DNA of 64,000 bases from Phycisphaerae bacterium. GTDB taxonomy: Bacteria; Planctomycetota; Phycisphaerae; UBA1845; Fen-1342. The stretch covers positions 32,001-96,000 of the forward strand of contig JASFQK010000005.1 in assembly GCA_050115495.1 (NCBI GenBank), in the 5' to 3' direction. The notes below the pieces were generated by a model. It ran no database searches. It was not told where the DNA came from and saw nothing but the letters and a program-made list of their open reading frames with translations. Position numbers and translations under genes: made by a program. Of the stretch, positions 56,288 to 64,000 are shown piece by piece (the stretch's first letter is position 1; each line of letters begins with the position of its first letter).

Positions 56288-57238
56288 TCAGCGGTGCTGA
56301 AACCGCACGATCCTCTCGTCCACGATCTGCCCCTCCCGAATGACGGTCGCCTGCTCCAGCACCGGGTTCACGCGTCCGCCGGCCAGGTCGTCGGCATACT
56401 CGGCCACTACCTCGCTGATCGACTGTGTCGCTGTCCGGTGATATAGCGCCGGGGCGTGATCCACGCAATAGTGCAGCACGCCGTCGCGGACATACACCGG
56501 GTCATCAATCGTCGTCGGCCGCGAGCTCTCCACGCCCATGCCTTCGTCGCAACTGATGTCGATGATCAGACTGCCCGGCTTCATCCGCCGCAAGTCCTCG
56601 ATATACACGAGGTGATCCGTCCGAAACACGTCCCACAGCACGCCGTTGACGACGACGTCGTACTGCTCGATCTCCTCGCGCAGCAGCGGCGACGTCTTGC
56701 GGTCGTAGACCGTAACCAGGCAGCCCATTCGCTCAAGCGCCCGCGTCGCCCCGCGGGCGACGTTTCCACGCCCGATAACTGCGGCCTGCGCATGGTACGG
56801 CACGCGCCCCCACTTCAGCATCGCGTGCGCCACGGCCGCCTCGCCGGATAGTTCATTATTGCGCCAGAAGCAATGCCGCCCGCGCTTGAACATGTCCTCC
56901 CAGGCGATCGCCGTCATCCGATGCTTCACCAGCAGGTCGGTGATCTCCCGGCCCTGGACGGCGTGCATCCAGCCAAACAGGGTCCGCCCCGTCTGGAAGT
57001 ACTCATCGGTGAGCATCGGCTTGGGGCAGCAGATGACGGAGCAGGCCACAACTTCTTCCCGATTAACAACTTGCGCTCCGGCCTCTCGATAGGCCTTGTC
57101 GTCGCACCCCATCGGCGCGCCGTAACCGGTCTCGACCAGCATGTCGCCTGGCCGGTTCAGTCGGCGAACGTCCTCCGGCGCGAGCGCCCGCCGAAGTTCA
57201 TTCTCCTTCCGGGGAATCGGAAAGCCTACTTTCGCCAT
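56288..57238 (-). CDS. ceo: N5-(carboxyethyl)ornithine synthase-like NAD(P)H oxidoreductase (AlaDH/PNT fold)
   Basis: 'KENELRRAL.P', 'ETGYG', 'FGWMHAVQ', 'AIAWEDM', 'NNELSGEAAV', 'IGRGNVARGA', 'DISCD', 'VDH.P'. Confidence 0.8.
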   Translation of the reverse strand: MAKVGFPIPRKENELRRALAPEDVRRLNRPGDMLVETGYGAPMGCDDKAYREAGAQVVNREEVVACSVICCPKPMLTDEYFQTGRTLFGWMHAVQGREITDLLVKHRMTAIAWEDMFKRGRHCFWRNNELSGEAAVAHAMLKWGRVPYHAQAAVIGRGNVARGATRALERMGCLVTVYDRKTSPLLREEIEQYDVVVNGVLWDVFRTDHLVYIEDLRRMKPGSLIIDISCDEGMGVESSRPTTIDDPVYVRDGVLHYCVDHAPALYHRTATQSISEVVAEYADDLAGGRVNPVLEQATVIREGQIVDERIVRFQHR

Positions 57239-57292
57239 CGCAGCCATTCTCCAGAGTATTTATCGGCGCCGCACGCCTCGCCACCGGAAGGC

Positions 57293-58942
57293 TTATTGGC
57301 CGGACCCTTCGCCGCCGACCGGGGCTTGGAACGTGGCCAGACCCAGCCGCTCGAGCGCCAGAAACGGGATGATTGTATTGCGGCCGTTGTACAGTTTTCG
57401 GAACTGGGTCTTCGGCATGATGCCGTAGTAGGCCATGTAGTGGTCATCATACAACGTATAACGGCCGGCGAGCTTGCACATCGCCCGATAAAACGGATTC
57501 GTGTACAGCCCGTGCTGCACCGCCCAATTGAGCCACCGCTTGACTAATGTCGGCTTGGCCTCCATCGGGTGCGTCTCCGCGGCTCCCGGTCGGCGGGACC
57601 ACATCTCCTGGGCGTGCGCCTCGTACAACAGTTCACGATCGGGGCTGTAGGTGCGGTAGACGACGGGAACGCGACTCCAAAAATCGAGAAGCTCCAGGTC
57701 CATCAGCGGCAGCCACCAGTCGTACCCCCAGAACTCGTAAACGCGCACGGCGTTGATGTTCAGCTTGGTGTTACGCTCCTGCCAGACCCACTTCTCGTAA
57801 GCGCGCTCCACCTCTTCAAACGTGTCCAGGCGCGGGGCTTCGCAGCAGGCCAGGACACGCTCCACGAGCTGCGGACGCAGGCGTTTCGCCCGAGCGTCCC
57901 AATCCGTCAGGCGGTAGTGCATGCCCACGATCGCCTCGGCGAGGACGTGCGCTCCGCTCTGCCCGGGCAGGAGCTTCAGGTAGCGGCTGCGCAATCTCGT
58001 GCCGGCGTGTCCGGGAACGAAAATCGTGTCGTCCGGCAACGTGCCGCGACGCTTCAACTCCCACACCGCCGGCCAATCCTGGAGGTGTTGCAGCGAGCTC
58101 ATCCGATCCGTGTACCGGTAGTACGCCTCGCGCTCCGGGCTGTGGAACCAGCGCCCCCAGGCCTCGTTGCTGTACGGCACGAAATGCCACGGGATGCCCA
58201 GCGACTCGGCGATCTGGCGGCTGACCTCCGACTCCTGGTTGCCCGGCTTGCCGTAGCTGAAGGCCATCACGCGGTCGTAACCGAGCCGGTTCAGCATGAG
58301 GCAGATCGACCGTGAATCCAGCCCGGCGCTGAGCGGCACACACACGTATCGCCCGTTCGCCCAAGTCAGCATCCGCTGCACGGCCTGCTCGAGGACTTCC
58401 TCGTGCAGCCGCTTCAGTTCCGCCTCCGTGGCGTCGAGTGGGTTTTCGTACAGCCGGCGGTAGTACCGGGCCATCCGGACGGTCACGCCCTGGTCGCTCG
58501 TCGCGAGGAGCAGGGTCTCGCCAGCCTGGAGGTTCTTGACGTTCGGGTAGAGCGTGTCCGGGCCAAGCACGTAGCCCACGAGCAGCAGTTCGGCGGCGGC
58601 CACTTCGTCGAAGGCTTTGTCGCCAACGCGGGCCCGCACCCACTCGGCATCATCGCTGATGTATACGCGGTCGGCGCATTGTCCGTAGAAGAGCGGGCAA
58701 CTGCGCGTGTGATCGACGGCCGCCCAGACTTCGCCCTCGCGCTCGACGATGACAGAGTGGAAGCCATTCAACCGTTTCAGGGTGGCCACGAAATCGTCCG
58801 CGGACTTCGTCGCCGCAAACACCTGCGGCAAGTCCGCCGCTTCCCGGGCACCATCCTTCCAGAATGCGCTGCCGCGAACGTGCGCGCCGCCTTCCGTCCG
58901 CCACAGGTGCGTGCTTCGGAGATGCACCTCGACGCCATTCAT
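57293..58942 (-). CDS. Asparagine synthase-related ATP-dependent amide ligase
   Basis: PP-loop 'PLSAGLDSR', 'LNGF', 'VDHTRSCPLFY', 'WWLPLMD'; no N-terminal Cys. Confidence 0.82.
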   Translation of the reverse strand: MNGVEVHLRSTHLWRTEGGAHVRGSAFWKDGAREAADLPQVFAATKSADDFVATLKRLNGFHSVIVEREGEVWAAVDHTRSCPLFYGQCADRVYISDDAEWVRARVGDKAFDEVAAAELLLVGYVLGPDTLYPNVKNLQAGETLLLATSDQGVTVRMARYYRRLYENPLDATEAELKRLHEEVLEQAVQRMLTWANGRYVCVPLSAGLDSRSICLMLNRLGYDRVMAFSYGKPGNQESEVSRQIAESLGIPWHFVPYSNEAWGRWFHSPEREAYYRYTDRMSSLQHLQDWPAVWELKRRGTLPDDTIFVPGHAGTRLRSRYLKLLPGQSGAHVLAEAIVGMHYRLTDWDARAKRLRPQLVERVLACCEAPRLDTFEEVERAYEKWVWQERNTKLNINAVRVYEFWGYDWWLPLMDLELLDFWSRVPVVYRTYSPDRELLYEAHAQEMWSRRPGAAETHPMEAKPTLVKRWLNWAVQHGLYTNPFYRAMCKLAGRYTLYDDHYMAYYGIMPKTQFRKLYNGRNTIIPFLALERLGLATFQAPVGGEGSGQ

Positions 58943-60438
58943 GCTCGCCGCTCCTTGCGCAATCGATGCGCCACGCCAACCGTGGCCCAGGTGCCGCTGA
59001 TCGCCAGGCCGACGGCGACCCAGATCGGCCCGCCCAGGAAGAGCTTGGCCGCCGCCGCCGGCAGAACGATGGGCAGCGTCGCCGCCAGGTTCCTGGCCAG
59101 GCGAACCAACCCCTCCCGCGGTTCGTTGCCGCTGATGCGCAGCAGCCACAGCATATACACGAACCACAGCGCCACGCTAACCGCGCCGAACAGCGCAATG
59201 GCCAGCAGCGGATCATCCCACAGACCGCCAACCAACAGGGCCCCGACCCGTCCCGCCAACAGGCACGCCTGGAAAATCAGGTCCCCCTGCTGCCGTTCGA
59301 GCACGTAGACCAGCGACGACAGCGGGGCCACCGTGAACACCACGAGCAGCCACGGACAGAGGAACTGGGCGTACACGCCCGCCATCATCCACTTCGGCCC
59401 GAACACGAGAGAGAAGACCTCCGGCGCGGTGATCATCAGCAGCGCCGCGTAGGGCGTACCGACGCCCGCCAGCCCGGTGAAGACGCGCAGCGTGATCCCC
59501 GCCGTCTGGCCCTGGCGGCTGGCCTCCGCGGCGTTGGAGAAGAACACCTGGCTGATCGCCTGGCCGATGAAGTTGAGCGGCGTCCACAACACCTGACTGG
59601 TCAGCACGTACAGCCCCACCGGGGCGGTGCCGAAGAACGCCGACAACAGCATGACCGGCAACTGCGCGCTGCACGTGTTCAGCAGGGCGGACCACGACGT
59701 GAACATCGGGAAGCGGCGATAACGCCGGGCTTCCTCCAGCACACGGGGCACCGAAACCTGCTTCAAACAGGCGAAATGGTCTCTCCAGAAAATACGGATC
59801 AGGGCGGCACCGCCCCCACCCCAGCGAACCACGTGCCCGAGCAGCAGCCCGAGCGGCCCGAGATACAGCAACCCCAGGCCGATCTGCGTGGTAACGGCCC
59901 CTACAGCCTGTGACAGCTTGCTTTGCGCAATCGCCGCGAAGGCCTTCTTGCGGACGCTCCAGAGCTGGAACGCCCCGTAGATACCTCCGACCAGCGTGTT
60001 GAAGGGCACGAGCCACAAGTACGGCCGCAGACGTGGAGCATCGAGCCACAACAGGACAACGTCCCCGAGCACCCACAGGACCACGGCGATCAGCGTGCTC
60101 ATGCCCACGACCAACGCCAGCACCAGCGCCAGCACGTTCGCGGCGCTGCCGTCCTCCTCCGGCGCCGGGATCGCCGACTCGTAACGCCAACTGATGACCA
60201 CCAGCCCCATCGATACCAGTGAGATGTACACGCCCAACACGCCGAAGTCGGGCGGCAGATACAGACGCGTGATGATCGGCGAGGCCGCCAGCACGAGCGC
60301 ATAGCCGACGCCGGTGCCGCCACCCACGACGGCCACGCTCCGAGCGAACGGCCCCATCGGCACGACGCGCTCGACGAGGCTCCAGAGCTTGCGCAGCCAT
60401 GCGGTCATGCCGGTTACGAACAAACCTTTGCGCAGCAC
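58939..60438 (-). CDS. wzx: Oligosaccharide flippase (Wzx-like)
   Basis: 'PIITRLYLPPDFG', 'RYESAI', 'RYRRFP', 'FGPKW..AG'; polytopic membrane protein. Confidence 0.87.
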   Translation of the reverse strand: MLRKGLFVTGMTAWLRKLWSLVERVVPMGPFARSVAVVGGGTGVGYALVLAASPIITRLYLPPDFGVLGVYISLVSMGLVVISWRYESAIPAPEEDGSAANVLALVLALVVGMSTLIAVVLWVLGDVVLLWLDAPRLRPYLWLVPFNTLVGGIYGAFQLWSVRKKAFAAIAQSKLSQAVGAVTTQIGLGLLYLGPLGLLLGHVVRWGGGGAALIRIFWRDHFACLKQVSVPRVLEEARRYRRFPMFTSWSALLNTCSAQLPVMLLSAFFGTAPVGLYVLTSQVLWTPLNFIGQAISQVFFSNAAEASRQGQTAGITLRVFTGLAGVGTPYAALLMITAPEVFSLVFGPKWMMAGVYAQFLCPWLLVVFTVAPLSSLVYVLERQQGDLIFQACLLAGRVGALLVGGLWDDPLLAIALFGAVSVALWFVYMLWLLRISGNEPREGLVRLARNLAATLPIVLPAAAAKLFLGGPIWVAVGLAISGTWATVGVAHRLRKERRA

Positions 60439-60597
60439 GGGTCTGGCCTCGTCCCCCGCCGGTGGCCACGAGGGCCACGACGGATCCAGAAGCCTGAAGA
60501 TCCTTCGGAAGAAGAACTTACGTCAACAGAGACGCAAACACGGAGAAGTCTATCACCTTTATCGGTCGTCCACACGGCGAGCCGCCAGCGCCCCGCG

Positions 60598-61674
60598 CTA
60601 ACCCTCACCCAGCAGCCTCCGGGCACGCTTGCGGCGAGCTTCGACCTTCGCCCGGTACAGCTCGTCGTGGCCCTGGGCGAGGAACTCGTCCGCCAAGCGG
60701 ATGACCTCGCGGGCTCGGGACGGATCCCGGTCGGCGCTGTCCAGGTACAGGTCCATCCGTCCCAGCAGGAAGTAGGGCCAGTCGGGGCGGAGCGCCTCGC
60801 CGTAGCGGAAGAGCGCCTCCGCCTCGTCGTTCCGTCTGAGCCGCTGCTGGCAGACCGCCGCGCGATAGACCGCGATCGTCTCGAGGTCCACGGGTCGTAG
60901 CGCCAGCACACGCGAGTAGCAGGTCAGGGCTCGTTCGGGGTCGCCGGCTCTATCCCACTCCTGTCCGCGCCGCATCTGATCCCAGGCGAGCACCTGCACG
61001 CCTGCCAGGATGATTACGGGGGTCGCCAGCACCAGGTTCCACAAATGTCTGATTCGAATTCGGGGCCAGACCAGAACCACGGCCGTCACGCCCAGAGCTC
61101 CGGTAACACAGGCCACCAGCAACGAGCTGCCGGCGACGGCCAGGCCTATGGCCGCCAAGCCCCCGACGACGGCCGCGTACTCGACCACCGTCCGGCGCGA
61201 GTAGCGGACCAGCGCCACGGCGAGTCCCACCGCCAGTACGGGCAGAAACAGCCGGCACTCCCACAGGAACCGGCGTTCGCCGGACACCTCGCCGAGTTGG
61301 AGCCAGTCGGGCCCGCGGATTTCGCCGCTGAGCGGCCACAGGTACGGTATCCCGCCGGCGAGGAGATCCAGCACGGTGTGCGAGGCAACCGCGGCGAAGG
61401 CGATCAGCAGGACCCGCCAGCGGTACTCGCGACAGACGAAGCGCAGGATGAGCAGCGTGGCCGTACCCGTGACCAGCAGCACCGGCAGCGCCGCCGGCGC
61501 TGAGTGTGGGAAGCGAAGGCCGGCGAGGCGGGCGAGCCATTCGAGCACATCGGGGAGGTAGGCCAGCAGGAAGATCGTCCCGAGCCATGAGGAAGACAGC
61601 GCGGGCCGTTGGGGATCGCCGGCAGTCGACACCCCAAGTGCCACCCCGACCAATCCGTGACCGAAATGGGGCAC
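60598..61674 (-). CDS. Membrane-bound metal-dependent hydrolase (YdjM-like) with C-terminal TPR
   Basis: 'GH', 'LPD', 'HS', 'SHTVLD', 'LWP' motifs; TPR-like helices; GTG start at 61674. Confidence 0.75.
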   Translation of the reverse strand: MPHFGHGLVGVALGVSTAGDPQRPALSSSWLGTIFLLAYLPDVLEWLARLAGLRFPHSAPAALPVLLVTGTATLLILRFVCREYRWRVLLIAFAAVASHTVLDLLAGGIPYLWPLSGEIRGPDWLQLGEVSGERRFLWECRLFLPVLAVGLAVALVRYSRRTVVEYAAVVGGLAAIGLAVAGSSLLVACVTGALGVTAVVLVWPRIRIRHLWNLVLATPVIILAGVQVLAWDQMRRGQEWDRAGDPERALTCYSRVLALRPVDLETIAVYRAAVCQQRLRRNDEAEALFRYGEALRPDWPYFLLGRMDLYLDSADRDPSRAREVIRLADEFLAQGHDELYRAKVEARRKRARRLLGEG

Positions 61675-61779
61675 AACCGACCTTTCCGCGACGCCCGCCG
61701 CACTTCCGACCGTCCGGCGCCTCGGACGGCACCGGCGCGCGGGGAGTCTACCCGGTGACGGCAACACTGGCCAGCCGCG

Positions 61780-64000
61780 CTAGGCTCCCGGGGCCTCGGC
61801 TTCCACCTGCGCCCGCGGCAACGTGATGGTCACCGCGGTGCCGCGACCCGGCTCGCTCTGTATCTCGATCGTCCCCCCATGCTCGGCGACGATGCCGTGA
61901 CAGGTGCTCAGACCCAGGCCGGTGCCGCCCTTCTCCAGACGCGTCGTGTAGAACGGGTCGAAGGCCCGCTCGACGTCCTGCGCGCTCATGCCGCAGCCGT
62001 TGTCCCGCACGACGGACACGATGCCGGCGCCATCCGGCCGCGTCTCGACCATGACCTGCCCGCCGGGAACGCAGGCGTGCGCAGCGTTGTGGATCAGGTT
62101 GACGAAGACGAGCTCCAGCTCGGTGGCGTTGGCCATAATCGTCGGCAGCGCCTCGCCGAGTTGAACGGTGACGTCGACGTGGTGCTTGCGGGCGTACTCG
62201 CGCGTGGCATCGATGGCGTGGCCGATGATCCGGTTGACCTCTTCGGGCCACTTCTCCGGGCGCTGGTCTTTGGCAAAACGCAATACGCTCTTGACGATGC
62301 GCGCGCAGCGCAGGACGTTGGTCTTCATCTGGCTGAGCAAATCGCTGACCGCGGCCTGGTCGGCGGCGGATTCCATCGCCTCGTCCGCGTCCAGCAGGAT
62401 CATGCCCAACGGGTTGTTGATTTCGTGGGCGATGCCGGCGGCCAGCGTACCGATTGACGCCAGCCGCTCCGAGCGGCGCAGCTTCTCCTGGGCCTGCCGC
62501 CAGGCGGTGATGTCCCGCCCGATGAGCGTCAGGGCGACGATCCGACCCTCCTGGCGGAACGGCCCCACGTGCGTCGCGTACCGCAGCGGCTCGGCCGCGT
62601 CATCCGCCGCCGGAATCGCCATCTCATAGGTTTCGAACCGGCCGGTGCGGAACACCTCGTCGTGGCAGGCCTGCACGTGCGGGCGATCCGTCGGCGAGAT
62701 GTACTCGAAGAAGCTCCGTCCGATGAACTGCGCCGCCTCGCCGCCGCCGGGCGGACGGTTGGCGTAGCGCACCGTTCCGTCGGGATCGACGATGGCGACG
62801 AAGTCGGGGGCGGTGGCCACGAGCGAGCGCCAGCGTTCCTCTGAAGCGGCCAGCTCCTCGGTGCGCTGGCGGACGCGCTCTTCGAGGTCGTGGTGCGCGC
62901 GGCGCAGATCCTCGGCCGCCTGCTTACGGGCCGTGATATCCAGGGCGCTGAAGGTGACGCCGGCCGCGAGATTCTCCAGGTCCAGAGGCGTCGAGCTGAG
63001 CAGTACGTCGATGATCCGCCCATCCTTGCGCTGCCAACGTGTCTCCACCGTGCCCGTGCCGGCCGCGCGAATCTGGGCGTACTTCTCACGCCCGACGTAG
63101 TCGTAGTCCTCCCGCGTGGGGTAAAGGAAGCGGGCTTCCCGGCCGATGAGCTCGGCCCGCTCGTAGCCGACCATTTCGCACATGCGGTCGTTAACCCGCC
63201 GAACGATACGGTTGGCGACCAGGCCGATCCCCACGGGCGCCACGCGGAAGATGCCCTGGAGCGTCGCTTCGCGGTCACGCAGAGCCGCCTCAGCCCGGCG
63301 CACTTCAGTCACGTCGTGGCCGGTCCCGATCACGTACTCGACGCGGCCGGTCCGGTCCATAAGCGCGGCGTTCGACCACTCGATCAGTCGGCGTTCGCCA
63401 CCCCTGGTCACCCAGTGGTTCTCGTACCGGCTCGGCAGGCCCTGCTCGGCCAGATCGGCGAAGACACGCTGCACGGCCGCGCTCTCTTCCGGCAATAGCA
63501 GGTCCCACACGTACCGCCCTTGCATCTCGTCCGACCGATAGCCGCTACACTCCTCGCAGGCCCGGTTGAAGCTCACGATGCGCCCCTCGCGATCCAGGAC
63601 GATGACCAGCGCCCCCACGGTGCGCAGCACGGTCGTGCTGAAGTCCCGCTCGCGACGCAAGGCCTCCGCCGCTCGCCGGCGCTCCGTGACGTCCCGGCCC
63701 GTCACCACGATCAGCGACCGGTTGCTGATCCGCGCCGCCCGCATGCTGACCTCGACGTCGAAGCAGGTGCCGTCCATGCGCTGGCAACGCCATTCCAGAA
63801 ACTGCGGCTGACCGGCCAGCACCAGCGCGCAGCGCTCCTGCACGACCTGCGCGGAGGCTGAGCCATCCGGCTGGTACTCCGGCGCCAGCTCGGCGGGCGT
63901 CTTGCCCATGATCTGCTCGCGCGTCGCCCTAAACATCTCGAACAGGCGACAGTTGCCGTCGATGAGCCGCTCACCGTCGAGGATCAGAATGGCGTCGCTG
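61780..64000 (-). CDS. Multi-PAS sensor histidine kinase; 5' end outside the window
   Basis: PAS/PAC repeats, H-box 'AHEINNP', N-box 'NLIHNA', 'DNGCG', 'FDPFYTT', 'GTGLGL'; frame stays open to the window edge. Confidence 0.93.
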   Translation of the reverse strand, partial: SDAILILDGERLIDGNCRLFEMFRATREQIMGKTPAELAPEYQPDGSASAQVVQERCALVLAGQPQFLEWRCQRMDGTCFDVEVSMRAARISNRSLIVVTGRDVTERRRAAEALRRERDFSTTVLRTVGALVIVLDREGRIVSFNRACEECSGYRSDEMQGRYVWDLLLPEESAAVQRVFADLAEQGLPSRYENHWVTRGGERRLIEWSNAALMDRTGRVEYVIGTGHDVTEVRRAEAALRDREATLQGIFRVAPVGIGLVANRIVRRVNDRMCEMVGYERAELIGREARFLYPTREDYDYVGREKYAQIRAAGTGTVETRWQRKDGRIIDVLLSSTPLDLENLAAGVTFSALDITARKQAAEDLRRAHHDLEERVRQRTEELAASEERWRSLVATAPDFVAIVDPDGTVRYANRPPGGGEAAQFIGRSFFEYISPTDRPHVQACHDEVFRTGRFETYEMAIPAADDAAEPLRYATHVGPFRQEGRIVALTLIGRDITAWRQAQEKLRRSERLASIGTLAAGIAHEINNPLGMILLDADEAMESAADQAAVSDLLSQMKTNVLRCARIVKSVLRFAKDQRPEKWPEEVNRIIGHAIDATREYARKHHVDVTVQLGEALPTIMANATELELVFVNLIHNAAHACVPGGQVMVETRPDGAGIVSVVRDNGCGMSAQDVERAFDPFYTTRLEKGGTGLGLSTCHGIVAEHGGTIEIQSEPGRGTAVTITLPRAQVEAEAPGA

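Overview
High-GC bacterial DNA, most likely Planctomycetota (class Phycisphaerae), inferred from several secreted proteins with 'GDxNCDGxVNNFDIxPF' dockerin/EF-hand-like tails and a PEP-CTERM protein. Positions 1 to about 39046 are the right part of an integrative conjugative element (ICE) inserted at the 3' end of the tmRNA gene (ssrA, 39047-39398, minus strand); its left end lies outside the window. The ICE encodes a tyrosine integrase and excisionase, a Trb-type mating system (traF, relaxase, traG, trbBCDE, two trbJ, trbLFGI) and a Rep-like/ParA/RHH module. Its defence cargo is an HNH-SAVED CBASS effector running off the left edge (absent from the ORF track), a sigma factor/small protein/IrrE-type peptidase triad, and a complete type III CBASS (cdnC-cap7-cap6-nucC). 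The most striking unexplained feature is a ~1.1 kb stretch (about 17345-18450) with no credible ORF. It reads as a large, ornate minus-strand RNA: GNRA, UUCG and T-loop hairpins, strand-specific G-U pairs and two pairs of complementary loops. It lies between a hypothetical gene and a cluster of two degenerate kinases plus a membrane-anchored, apparently inactive Cas4-like protein. A GTCAC-N18-CATAAC motif recurs four times in ICE intergenic DNA. Right of ssrA is host chromosome: secreted proteins paired with divergent paralogous regulator-like genes, an amidohydrolase, a surface-polysaccharide cluster and a PAS histidine kinase. All calls come from motif reading by eye; no searches were run.
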